Shown here piece after piece: positions 10,211 through 19,754 of a stretch of 64,000 nucleotides of DNA (position 1 is the stretch's first letter; each line of letters begins with the position of its first letter). The notes below the pieces were generated by a model, which did not search any database, was not told where the DNA came from, and saw only the letters and a list, made by a program, of their open reading frames with translations. The stretch is from an uncultured Candidatus Rokubacteria bacterium (GTDB lineage: Bacteria > Methylomirabilota > Methylomirabilia > Rokubacteriales > CSP1-6): assembly GCA_963754315.1 (NCBI GenBank), contig CAVWFS010000008.1, positions 608,001-672,000 of the forward strand, written 5' to 3'. Both the position numbers and the translations under genes were made by a program.

Positions 10211-11265
10211 GTCACGAGATTCTCCCGTCCGATCGTGCGGCCGCAGAGGAAGGCGAGGCGTCCCTCGGTCTCGGCTGGCCCTCGTGGCGGTTCGAACCGA
10301 TGTCTGGTGTCCTCCGCATGGTGCGCCTGGTCGGGCCCACCGACGTCACCGTCCTGATTCTTGGGGAGACAGGGGTCGGCAAGGAGATGGTGGCCCACAG
10401 CCTGCACCGCGTGTCGCCTCGACGCGAGGGCCCCTTCGTGAAGATCAACTGCGCCGCCATGCCGCGCGATCTCCTGGAGAGCGAGCTGTTCGGATACGAG
10501 CGTGGCGCGTTCACGGGGGCTGATCGCCGCAAGCAGGGCCGGTTCGAGCGAGCCCACGGGGGCACCATCTTCCTCGACGAGATCGGGGAGATGGCCGTCT
10601 CGCTGCAGGCCAAACTGCTCCACGTGCTCCAGGATGCGACCTTCTCACGGCTCGGCGGAAACGAGGAGATCAAGGTCGATGTCCGCATCGTGGCCGCGAC
10701 CAATCGGGATCTGCGCACCCAGGTGGAGCGCGGAGAATTCCGGGAGGATCTGTTCTATCGCCTCAGCGTGGTGAACATCCGGGTGGTCTCGTTGCGGGAC
10801 CGCCCCGACGAAATCCCCGTGCTCATCCGCCAGTTCCTGGACACCTTCGCCCTGCGCGACGGGCGCCCACGGCCCCGGCTGTCCGCAGAGACCATGCAGC
10901 GGCTGACGAGCTACCACTGGCCCGGCAACGTTCGCGAGCTCGAGAACATCGTCCGTCAACTCGTCCTGCTCGGAGAGGATGCGGGAGTCCTTGACAACCT
11001 GCTGGCGAATCGTCGGCCCATGGCCCGCACGGAGTCGCCGGTCCGTGAAGCGGAGGCGGCGCCGAGCCCGCCGCCCAGCCCTGCTCCCGCCAGCGAGGAA
11101 CTCGGTCTCGCGGTCATCGCCGAACGCGCGCGTCAGGGCGCCGAGCGTCACGCGATCGAGCGGGCGCTGGCCATCACGCGCTGGCGTCGGACCGAAGCGG
11201 CCCGGATGCTCAAGGTCAGTTACCGGACGCTCCTGCGCAAGATGCGGGAGTACGATCTCGGCTGA
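10207..11265 (+). CDS. sigma-54-dependent transcriptional activator (AAA+ plus Fis HTH, no N-terminal sensor domain)
   Basis: GETGVGKE Walker A, ESELFGYERGAFTGA, FLDEIGE, WPGNVREL, C-terminal HTH; ATG overlaps the upstream stop (ATGA). Confidence 0.9.
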   Translation: MSHEILPSDRAAAEEGEASLGLGWPSWRFEPMSGVLRMVRLVGPTDVTVLILGETGVGKEMVAHSLHRVSPRREGPFVKINCAAMPRDLLESELFGYERGAFTGADRRKQGRFERAHGGTIFLDEIGEMAVSLQAKLLHVLQDATFSRLGGNEEIKVDVRIVAATNRDLRTQVERGEFREDLFYRLSVVNIRVVSLRDRPDEIPVLIRQFLDTFALRDGRPRPRLSAETMQRLTSYHWPGNVRELENIVRQLVLLGEDAGVLDNLLANRRPMARTESPVREAEAAPSPPPSPAPASEELGLAVIAERARQGAERHAIERALAITRWRRTEAARMLKVSYRTLLRKMREYDLG

Positions 11266-11268
11266 TCC

Positions 11269-12348
11269 ATGAAGATCACCGCCATCGACAGCTTCGTGCT
11301 CCGCGTGCCGACCAGCAAGCCCATCGCGCTGTCGTACCCGGAGCACCATCTCGTCTCGGCGCGCATCCACACCGACGAGGGGCTGAGCGGGCTCGGCTAC
11401 AGCCTGGTGTTCGGCGGTGGAGGATCGGAGTCGGTCCACGCGTATCTCTCCACTCGCCTCGCGCCGCTGCTGATCGGAGAGGATCCGCTCTTCGTCGAGC
11501 GGTTGTGGGAAAAGATGTTTCGCGGTGATCGAGGTATCAAGCGGCAAGGGGTGGCCGCCTACGCCCTCAGCGCGCTCGACATCGGCCTGTGGGACATCGC
11601 GGGCAAGGCGGCCCAGCTGCCCCTGTACAAGATGTGGGGCGCCGTGAGCGACCGCATCGCCGCCTACGGCAGCGGCGGCTGGCCGCAATACACGGTGGCC
11701 GACGTGGTGAGCGAGGCCGAACGGTATGCCGCCCTCGGGTGCCGTTACTACAAGATGAAGATTCACGACCCCGACCCCCACGTGAATCGCCAGCGCGTGA
11801 AGGCGGTCCGCGACGCCCTCGGCCCCGGCGTCCGGTTGATGGTGGACGCCAACCAGAAGCTGGACGTGTTGGCGAATATCCGCCAGGCGGCGCTGCTCGA
11901 GGACCTCGATCTCATGTGGTACGAGGAACCCGTCCTCGCCGACGATCTGGCAGCCTGCGCCGAGGTCGCCCACGCCATCCGCATCCCGGTGGCCACCGGT
12001 GAGAACAACTACTCCCGCTGGGAATTCCGCGAGATCATCGAGCGGAAGGCAGCGCGCTACCTCATGCCTGATGTGTGCCGCGCGAACGGCTTCAGCGAGA
12101 CCCTGAAGATCGCCCGCTTGGCCGCCGCCCACGGTCTGCTGGTCTCGCCCCACGTCGTGCACGAACTGTCCCTGCACGTGGCCGGCGCCCTCAGCAATGG
12201 ATTTCTGGTGGAACTGATCGACTGGACCCCGCCCGACCTCTTCGTCGAGATGCCGCGGTGCGAGGATGGTCATTTCCAGATTCCCGATCGGCCCGGGCAC
12301 GGGATCGCGCTCGCTCCCGGCGCCGAGCGTGCCTACCGTGTCGTGTAA
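11269..12348 (+). CDS. mandelate racemase/muconate lactonizing enzyme family
   Basis: 359 aa; DIGLWDIAGK, KMK, MVDAN, YEEP and ATGEN motifs. Confidence 0.9.
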   Translation: MKITAIDSFVLRVPTSKPIALSYPEHHLVSARIHTDEGLSGLGYSLVFGGGGSESVHAYLSTRLAPLLIGEDPLFVERLWEKMFRGDRGIKRQGVAAYALSALDIGLWDIAGKAAQLPLYKMWGAVSDRIAAYGSGGWPQYTVADVVSEAERYAALGCRYYKMKIHDPDPHVNRQRVKAVRDALGPGVRLMVDANQKLDVLANIRQAALLEDLDLMWYEEPVLADDLAACAEVAHAIRIPVATGENNYSRWEFREIIERKAARYLMPDVCRANGFSETLKIARLAAAHGLLVSPHVVHELSLHVAGALSNGFLVELIDWTPPDLFVEMPRCEDGHFQIPDRPGHGIALAPGAERAYRVV

Positions 12349-12450
12349 TCCTGCGTGCGCGTGTTCTCGCTGCTGTTTCCGCCCATCCTGAGGGAGTTTG
12401 GCTGGCGCCTCGACAACGTGCTCGATATGCGTGAGCATCCGACGTAGCCC

Positions 12451-13189
12451 ATGCCTCTCCCACGTGTTCGCCTCGGTGTCCTGGTGCCGCCGGGAAATCC
12501 AACGGTCGAACCCGAGCTCTACCGGATGGTTCCCCCTCACGTGAGCGTTCATTTCGCCCGGATGGAGACGGGACCGATGCGTGGGAGCCCACGGAAGCCC
12601 GGCCGGGATGGAAGAACGGACGCAGGCCTATCTCGACTGTCTGACAGGACCGGCCACCGCGCTCGGTGCCGTGAGTCCCAGGGTGGTCGTTCTCGCTCAT
12701 ACGGCGGCGAGCTATCTGACGGAATTTCGACACGAGGGGACTCTGGTGGATCGCCTCGCATCGCTGACCGGCTCGCAGGCGACGACCGCCGCCCAGTCAG
12801 TGGGGGCGGCCTTGCGTCGCCTCGGCGTGACGACCATCGCCCTCGGCACCCCGTACCCCGAGTCCATCAGCGTCCGCGGCCGCGCGTACTGGCAAGCGGC
12901 TGGGTTTCGCGTCGCGGGCTATCACCGGTTGGACAGCGACGACATCTACGCGGAAGGAGAAGAGCGAGCCGCGGAGCTGGCGCGTGCGGCCGACGTGCCG
13001 TCAGCGCAAGCGGTCCTGCTCAGCGGTACCGGGCTTCCGACCGTGGGCGTCCTCGAGCGACTCGAGCGCGAATTGGCCAAGCCCGTCATCAGCAGCAACC
13101 AGGCCCTGCTCTGGCACGCGCTCCGGCTGGCCGGCGTCGACACCACGATCGAAGGCTTCGGGTCGCTCTTGCGGCTGCCCGCCTCGTGA
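12451..13189 (+). CDS. maleate cis-trans isomerase/AMDase-like protein (frameshift near 12580)
   Basis: GVLVPPGNPTVEPE N-terminus joined to 12581-13189 (TPY, KPVISSNQA, IEGFGSLL). Confidence 0.8.
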
Positions 13190-14784
13190 GCGTCGGCGGC
13201 AGCGCCGACGCTCCGCTCAGCGCCGTACGGAAGTGGACGATCACCGGTTCCGTCATGTTCGTCACCGTGATGCAGGTCCTCGACGTGACGGTCACGAACG
13301 TCGCCCTCCCACACATCCAGGGTTCCTTGTCCGCCGGCGTCGATGAGGTCTCCTGGGTCCTCACCTCGTACCTGGCTGCCAATGCGGTGATTCTGCCGGC
13401 CACGGGGTGGTTGGCCGGCGCGCTCGGCCGCAAGCGATTCTTCCTGGCCTGCACGGTAGTGTTCACGCTCGCCTCTGTGCTATGTGGGCTCGCGCCCAAC
13501 ATCACGACACTGCTCGTTGCGCGCATGCTGCAAGGCATCGGCGGGGGACCGCTCATGCCGCTATCACAGGCAATCATGTGGGAAATCTTTCCTCTCCGGC
13601 AGCGGGGCATGGCCATGGCTGCGTGGGGGATGGGCATCATGATGGCCCCGATCTTCGGACCGACCCTGGGCGGCTGGATCTCGGACAACTGGTCATGGCG
13701 GTGGATCTTCTACATCAACGTGCCGATCGGGGTCATCGGCTTTCTCATCTCGAGCGCGGTGCTGTTCGATCCACCGTACCTGCGCAAGCCGGTGCGGGTG
13801 GACGTGCTCGGGCTGGTGCTGATGGCGATCGGCTTTGTCACCCTCCAGCTCTTTCTCGACCAGGGAGAGCGCCACGAGTGGTTCGACTCGTCGTTCATCG
13901 CCATGCTGGCGATCGTGGCGGTGGTGACGTTGACGGGGTTCCTCATCCGCGAGCTGACGACCGCTGAACCCATCCTCGACCTGAGCGTCTACCGGGACCG
14001 GAACTTTGCTGCCAGCAGCCTCGTCATGCTCGTGGTCATGATGGGCTTCTTCTCGAGTATGGTGCTCCTGGCCCTCTTCACGCAGAAGGTGCTGGGCTAC
14101 GATGCATGGACCTCGGGTACGGTCCTGGCCCCAGGGGGCGTCGGCAATATGCTCTCCCTCGTCATCGCTGGCCGTCTCATCACGCGCATGGACCAGCGGT
14201 GGCTCCTTGCCCTGGGATGCGTGCTGAACGCCTATGCGACCTACGTGATGTCCACCCTGACCCTGGGCGTGGACTACTGGAACCTGGCCTGGCCGCGCTT
14301 CATCCAGGGGTTTGGGGTCGGCCTCGTCTTCGTTCCGCTCAATACCGTGGCGCTGGCCACGATCGCGCGGGAGAAGATGGGCAATGCCACGGCCGCGCTG
14401 AACGTGGTCAGGAATCTCGGCGGTGGCATCGGGGTCGCCGTCATGACGACCCTGCTCTCGCGCCGGAGCCAGGAGCACCAGACCACCCTGGTGGGCCACG
14501 TCAACGTGTGGGATCCCGAAACGAGCGAGCGGCTGCGCGCCTGGACGGCTCACTTCTCCGCACAGGGGGCCGACTCGTTCACGGCCGAGCGGCGTGCCCT
14601 GGGGATGCTCTACCAGGAGGTGATGAAGCAGGCCCAGCTGCTGGCTTTTGCCGACGACTTCTGGCTGCTGTTCGTGGTGTTTTGTACGGCGCTCCTGCTT
14701 CTTCCCCTGCTGCGCCGGGTCCAGGTGGTGCCATCCGCCCGCGCCCGACCGCGCGAGGGACCAGCCCCCGTCGCGATCGAGTAA
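13186..14784 (+). CDS. DHA2-family (EmrB/QacA) MFS efflux transporter
   Basis: MQVLDVTVTNVALP, WVLTSYL, GPTLGGWI, WRWIFYINVP; 14-TM pattern; GTG at 13186. Confidence 0.9.
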   Translation: MSVGGSADAPLSAVRKWTITGSVMFVTVMQVLDVTVTNVALPHIQGSLSAGVDEVSWVLTSYLAANAVILPATGWLAGALGRKRFFLACTVVFTLASVLCGLAPNITTLLVARMLQGIGGGPLMPLSQAIMWEIFPLRQRGMAMAAWGMGIMMAPIFGPTLGGWISDNWSWRWIFYINVPIGVIGFLISSAVLFDPPYLRKPVRVDVLGLVLMAIGFVTLQLFLDQGERHEWFDSSFIAMLAIVAVVTLTGFLIRELTTAEPILDLSVYRDRNFAASSLVMLVVMMGFFSSMVLLALFTQKVLGYDAWTSGTVLAPGGVGNMLSLVIAGRLITRMDQRWLLALGCVLNAYATYVMSTLTLGVDYWNLAWPRFIQGFGVGLVFVPLNTVALATIAREKMGNATAALNVVRNLGGGIGVAVMTTLLSRRSQEHQTTLVGHVNVWDPETSERLRAWTAHFSAQGADSFTAERRALGMLYQEVMKQAQLLAFADDFWLLFVVFCTALLLLPLLRRVQVVPSARARPREGPAPVAIE

Positions 14785-14830
14785 AGAGCGGCAGCCCAAT
14801 CGCGATCGAGTAAGAAGCCGCAGCCCAATC
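14762..14830 (+). repeat. short tandem duplication (~29-bp unit, about 2.3 copies) at the MFS 3' end
   Basis: cagcccccgtcgcgatcgagtaaagagcgg / cagcccaatcgcgatcgagtaagaagccg / cagcccaatc. Confidence 0.8.
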
Positions 14831-14901
14831 TAGAGGGGTGCCACGGGTCCCCCGGGGCACCCCGAACGGGGGGGTATGGGGGGTGAATCTGGACCCCCCA
14901 T
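14830..14901 (+). repeat. dispersed copy of the CTAG-bounded palindromic repeat, forming the 3' end of the ABC gene
   Basis: ctagaggggtgccacgggtcccccggggcaccccgaacgggggggtatggggggtgaatctggacccccca aligns with array units at 62950-63372. Confidence 0.8.
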
Positions 14902-17900
14902 CTCAGCGATCGCGACGGTGGCTCCTGCCAGCTGGCGCGCGACGAGGCGGGCGTAGAGACCGCCACGGGCGAGCAGGGTGTCGTGATCGCCGATCTCGGC
15001 GACCCGTCCCCCTTCGAGGACCACGATCTGGTCCGCATCGCGCACGGTGGACAGACGATGGGCGATGACGAGGGTGGTCCGATCGCGCGCGAGCAAACGT
15101 AGCGACTCCCGGACTACCTGCTCGCTCACGGCGTCCAGGTGGGAGGTGGCTTCGTCGAGGATCAAGATGGGCGCGTCCTTCAGGAAGGCCCGCGCGATGG
15201 CCACCCGCTGCCGCTGGCCCCCTGAAAGCTGGGCGCCGCGTTCGCCCACGAGCGTGTCGAGCCGATCGGGGAGCGACCGGACAAAATCGGCGAGCGACGC
15301 CTTGGCCACTGCGGCCACGACTTCCGATTCGGTAGCCGACGGCCGCGCGATCATGATGTTGTTCCTGAGGGTGTCGTTGAAGAGATAGGTGTCCTGGGCG
15401 ACCAGGGCGATGCGACCGCGAAGCTCGTCGAGCTGATAGTTCGTCAGATCGTGGCCGTCGAGCTTCACCTCGCCGGACGCCGGGTCCCAGAAGCGAAGGC
15501 ACAGGCTGGCCAGGGTCGTCTTGCCGGCGCCGGAGGCGCCGACCAACGCGGTGGTGCGTCCCGCTGGCACCTTCACCGACACATCCTGGAGCGCCGGCTG
15601 CGCGCGGCCGGGATACGCGAAACTCACTCGGGACATCTCCAGCGCCGACGCGGCCCCCACTCCGGCGCTGACTCCTGGCCCGTCTGTGACAGGGACCGGC
15701 TCGGCGTGCACGGCATGCACCCGGCGCGTGGCGCCGAGCGTGTCGGCCAGCTGACGCGCGACCTGAGCGATTTCCCACACGGGGACGAAGGCCGACATGG
15801 CGAGCAAGGTCAGCAGGGGAAGCACGCCGCCATCGAGCCGCCCGCTGCTTGCGAGCAGGGCACCCGTTGCGACCACGGCCAGACCGCCAAACCCAGTAGC
15901 CATCTCCTGCAGCACCGTCTGCCGTGTGAGGTCTTCCAGATAGGGCAGGCGCGCTCGAACGTACACGCGCGCACGCTCCGCAAAGTCCGCACCCCGGGCC
16001 TGCTCCCGCTGGAAGGCGACGATCTCCCCCAGTCCCTGGACGGTGTCCACGGCGTGGGCGTTCATTTCGCCCACCGCTTCCCGCGCTCGCGAACCCAGGT
16101 GATCGACTCGCCCCCGCGCGAGTACCGGACTCAGGCCCACGTAGACGAGAAAGGGCAGAACGGCCACGGCCAGGGGCCACCCAAACGCGAGCAAGGTGGC
16201 AAGGACGCCGGCCGGGATGAGGACGGCGACGAAGGCTGGCGTGATCGTGTGGGCGAAGAAGTATTCGATCAACTCGATATCGTTGGTGGCGACGCCAACC
16301 AGGTCACCCGAGCGGCGCCGCGTGAGGTAGGCGGGAGCGAGCGCATCGAGCTTACGAAAGAAATCGAGGCGCATGTGGGCGAGGAGGCGGAACGCCATGT
16401 CGTGGGCGAGCCAGGACTCGAGCCAATGCAGGATGCCAGCCAGGGGGGCTACGACTGCCAGCCCCAGCAGCAAGGTGCCGAACGGGGCACCCTTCTTGAG
16501 GGCAAGCACGATCAGCGCGCTCACGATTCCTACTCCGATCAGAGCCAGGACGCGTGCCACGCCCAGGACGAAGGTGGCCAGGAGCTGCCCACGATACGGA
16601 GCAACCATGCGGAGGAGGATCCGGACTACCTGCCCCCAGCCGAGTCCCTGTGCCTGGACGATACCTTCGACCATCGGAGCGATCGACGGTGCATGCTCTC
16701 CGGTGACAGCCGGAACGCGGTCGCCATTGACCGCGACCGCAGCGAGATCGTGAGCGTCAATGAGGTCGGGCGCTCCCGCGCCGTCCTGGGCCTGAGCAGC
16801 CATGAGCCGATAGTAGGCGCCGTGGCGTGCCATGAGCTCGCCGTGCCGACCGCTCTCCACCACTCGGCCGTCTTCCAGGGCCAGGATGCGATCGGCACCG
16901 ATCACGCTGGAGAGGCGATGGGCGAAAATCAAGGTGGTCCGGCCCTGCATGAGCCGATCGAGGGCTTCCTGAATCACGGCCTCGCTCTCGGCATCCACCG
17001 ACGACAACGCCTCGTCCAGGATCAGGATCGGCGCATCCCGCAAGAGCGCGCGTGCGATGGCGATCCGCTGTCGCTGCCCCCCGGACAGGCGCACGCCGCG
17101 CTCACCGACGACCGTGTCGTACCCCTGCGGCAGCCTTGTGATGAATTCGTGGGCATTGGCGGCGCGAGCGGCCGTGTCGAGCTCCTCCTGCGTCGCGTCC
17201 GGCTTGCCCATACGGAGGTTCTCGGCCACCGTGCCGTGAAAGAGGTAGGTGTCCTGGCTCACGAGCGCCACCGCGCCACGCAGCTCGGCCAGGCCGAGCG
17301 AGCGCACGTCGTGGCCGCCCACCTTGATTCGACCTGACGTGGGATCGTAGAAGCGCAGGACCAGGCGGGCGATGGTCGACTTGCCCGAACCACTCGGCCC
17401 CACGATTCCCACCCGCTCACCGGCGCCAACCGTGAAGCTGAGGCCGGCATGCGCCGGCTCGCGGCCGCCAGGATACGAGAAGACGACGTTCTCGAACTCT
17501 ACGGTGGGAACGAGCTCTCCGTGATTCGCCTCCCCGCGGGCGCTATCGGCCACGGTCGGTCGCGCGTCGAGGATGGAGAAGATGCCCTGGGCGGCGGAGA
17601 GGCCCAGCATGCCCTGGTGGAGCAGGATGCGCAGTTCGCGCAACGGGCGGAACACCTCCACTCCGAGCATCAGGATGACGAGGAGCACGGTCAGCTCCAT
17701 CTCCCCCGCTCGGACCCGATACGCGCCCCACCCGAGCGCCACCGCCGCCCCTACGGCGATCCCGGTATCCGTGATGCCCCGGGCGAGCGTATTCGTTCCC
17801 AGCACCCACATGGTGCTGCGAAATAGGGCCCACCCCCGCGTTTCCAGGAGCTTCAAGCGGGCCGTGCTCTGACCGAAGGCCTTCAGGGTCGCCAGCCCCT

Positions 17901-18525
17901 GGATCGAGTCCAGGAAGTCGGCGGCGTACGCGCTGTAGGCCTTCTGACGGGCGAGGCTGGCCTGAGCGTCTTTTCGGTGCCACAGCGCGGGGGCGAAAAG
18001 GGTGACGAGAGCGGCCACCAGAAGCACGAGGGCGATATGAAGATCGAGGAACGCCACGGAAGCAAAGATCAGGATGGGCGTGAGCGCCGCCACCGCGAGC
18101 TGGGGGAGGTATTGGCCGAAGTACACTTCGAGCTGCTGCACTCCCTCGACCATCGACAGGATGACGTCGCCCGTGCGCGACTGGGTGAAGTGCGCAGGAC
18201 CGAGAGCGACGACGTGATCGTAGAGGTTCTGGCGAAGCCGCGCCTGGACCAGGGCCGCCGTGCGGTGCGCGATCATGGTGCGCCAGTATTCGAGCGCTCC
18301 GCGGGCCAGGATGATCAGGCCTGTGAGGGCGATGGGCGCGGCCAGGGTGGCGAGGGAGTCCCCCGCAAAGACCCGGCCGAGCAGCCACCCCAAGAGGGCA
18401 AGGCGGGCAATGCCGGCGACCACCTGGAGGAGGCCGACACCCACCGTGGCCGCGATGCGCAAGCGAACACCCCGCGTGAAGCTCCACAGCCGTCGGTCGA
18501 GGTACATGCGCGCTCGATTCTCCAC
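14830..18525 (-). CDS. fused double ABC transporter (TMD-NBD-TMD-NBD; CydDC/IrtAB-like type IV ABC)
   Basis: 1231 aa; two Walker A motifs (GPSGSGKS, GASGAGKT), two LSGGQRQR signatures, two TMDs. Confidence 0.9.
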   Translation of the reverse strand: MENRARMYLDRRLWSFTRGVRLRIAATVGVGLLQVVAGIARLALLGWLLGRVFAGDSLATLAAPIALTGLIILARGALEYWRTMIAHRTAALVQARLRQNLYDHVVALGPAHFTQSRTGDVILSMVEGVQQLEVYFGQYLPQLAVAALTPILIFASVAFLDLHIALVLLVAALVTLFAPALWHRKDAQASLARQKAYSAYAADFLDSIQGLATLKAFGQSTARLKLLETRGWALFRSTMWVLGTNTLARGITDTGIAVGAAVALGWGAYRVRAGEMELTVLLVILMLGVEVFRPLRELRILLHQGMLGLSAAQGIFSILDARPTVADSARGEANHGELVPTVEFENVVFSYPGGREPAHAGLSFTVGAGERVGIVGPSGSGKSTIARLVLRFYDPTSGRIKVGGHDVRSLGLAELRGAVALVSQDTYLFHGTVAENLRMGKPDATQEELDTAARAANAHEFITRLPQGYDTVVGERGVRLSGGQRQRIAIARALLRDAPILILDEALSSVDAESEAVIQEALDRLMQGRTTLIFAHRLSSVIGADRILALEDGRVVESGRHGELMARHGAYYRLMAAQAQDGAGAPDLIDAHDLAAVAVNGDRVPAVTGEHAPSIAPMVEGIVQAQGLGWGQVVRILLRMVAPYRGQLLATFVLGVARVLALIGVGIVSALIVLALKKGAPFGTLLLGLAVVAPLAGILHWLESWLAHDMAFRLLAHMRLDFFRKLDALAPAYLTRRRSGDLVGVATNDIELIEYFFAHTITPAFVAVLIPAGVLATLLAFGWPLAVAVLPFLVYVGLSPVLARGRVDHLGSRAREAVGEMNAHAVDTVQGLGEIVAFQREQARGADFAERARVYVRARLPYLEDLTRQTVLQEMATGFGGLAVVATGALLASSGRLDGGVLPLLTLLAMSAFVPVWEIAQVARQLADTLGATRRVHAVHAEPVPVTDGPGVSAGVGAASALEMSRVSFAYPGRAQPALQDVSVKVPAGRTTALVGASGAGKTTLASLCLRFWDPASGEVKLDGHDLTNYQLDELRGRIALVAQDTYLFNDTLRNNIMIARPSATESEVVAAVAKASLADFVRSLPDRLDTLVGERGAQLSGGQRQRVAIARAFLKDAPILILDEATSHLDAVSEQVVRESLRLLARDRTTLVIAHRLSTVRDADQIVVLEGGRVAEIGDHDTLLARGGLYARLVARQLAGATVAIAEMGGPDSPPIPPRSGCPGGPVAPL

Positions 18526-18559
18526 AATCTCGGCCGGGATAGCAAAGCCTCCGGTCTCC

Positions 18560-19693
18560 CTAGACCCTGAGGAAGATGCCGCGGCGGTAGAGGATACCCA
18601 TCAGGGCAAGCCAGACGAGCAGATAGGCGAGGGCAAAGAACAGCGACGCGTTGACGGGCGTGGCCCACGGGGCGAAGACGTGCTGATAGAGCGCGCGCTG
18701 CCATGACATCCGCGAACCGTCGGCACCCGTGATGGTGACGAGCGTGAGCACCCGGGCCATGAAGGTCGAGAGCACAAACGCCGCGATGGCGTTCACCCCA
18801 AAGATCACGAACGGTGTGGTCCATCGTCGCCATTGCTGGACCTCGACCAGCCACGAGCAGGCCGCCAGGCCGAGGAGAGCGGCGCCCGCCGTGAAGGCGA
18901 CGTAGGAGCTGGTCCACAACGCCTTGTTGATGGGGAACCAGCGGTCCCACAGAAGCCCGAGCCCGATGGCTGCCACGCCGGCGGCGCCCATTCCCCAGAC
19001 CTTTGTGGAAGGGGATCGCGAGGACCGAAGCCAGTGGCCGGTCAGAACCCCGGCCAGGGTGGTGGCGATGGCGGGCAAGGTGCTCAGGATTCCCTCGGGG
19101 TCGTAGACCTTGCTGGCACGCCAGAGGTGTGGGCCGAGCACCGTCCGGTCCAGGTAGGCCGCGAGGTTTCCCTCTTTCCCGAGATCGCCAGCGCCGAATC
19201 CCGGCACGGGCACCAACGTCATCAACGCCCAGTAGCCGGCGAGCAGCCCGGCCATCACCGTCGCCTGCGTGCGGACCGTCGTCACGAGGAAGAGCAGGGC
19301 TACCGCCAGGTAGCACACGGCGATTCGCTGGAGTACGCCCGGAATACGGATGGTGGCGAGGTTGAAATGGGGAAAGCCGGCGAGGAAAAGTCCCAGCGCG
19401 AAGAGGATGACAGAGCGTTGCACGATGCGACGGGTGAGCCGGCCCCGCGGCTCGCGATGCTCCAGACGTGGTCCGAGGGCGAGCGTGATGGATACCCCAA
19501 CCGTGAACAGGAAGAAGGGAAAGATCAGGTCCGTCGGTGTCCAGCCGTGCCAGTCCGCGTGGGTGAGGGGTGGGTAAACCGCGCGCCACGTCCCGGGATT
19601 GTTGACGACGATCATGCCGGCGATGGTCAACCCCCGGAAGACGTCGAGGGAGAGGAGCCGACCCCGAGCCGCCTCCATGCGCGAAGGCAGCAT
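18560..19693 (-). CDS. heparan-alpha-glucosaminide N-acetyltransferase-like membrane acyltransferase (DUF5009 type)
   Basis: RLLSLDVFRGLT, HADWHG, DLIFPFFLF, DPEGILST and PINKALWTSSY motifs. Confidence 0.88.
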   Translation of the reverse strand: MLPSRMEAARGRLLSLDVFRGLTIAGMIVVNNPGTWRAVYPPLTHADWHGWTPTDLIFPFFLFTVGVSITLALGPRLEHREPRGRLTRRIVQRSVILFALGLFLAGFPHFNLATIRIPGVLQRIAVCYLAVALLFLVTTVRTQATVMAGLLAGYWALMTLVPVPGFGAGDLGKEGNLAAYLDRTVLGPHLWRASKVYDPEGILSTLPAIATTLAGVLTGHWLRSSRSPSTKVWGMGAAGVAAIGLGLLWDRWFPINKALWTSSYVAFTAGAALLGLAACSWLVEVQQWRRWTTPFVIFGVNAIAAFVLSTFMARVLTLVTITGADGSRMSWQRALYQHVFAPWATPVNASLFFALAYLLVWLALMGILYRRGIFLRV

Positions 19694-19754
19694 ACCTCAG
19701 GTCGAGCAGCCCATCTCCGAGTGCTCTATCATGCCCGGCCAGAGGAGCGAGTCA

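Noticed and set aside
12451..14784. Isomerase-MFS fusion (777-aa ORF)
   Set aside because: Frameshift read-through; the MFS has its own GTG overlapping the isomerase stop
14830..18525. ABC transporter as the dedicated exporter of the GG-leader peptides
   Set aside because: It has no N-terminal C39 peptidase domain and lies about 19 kb from the peptides
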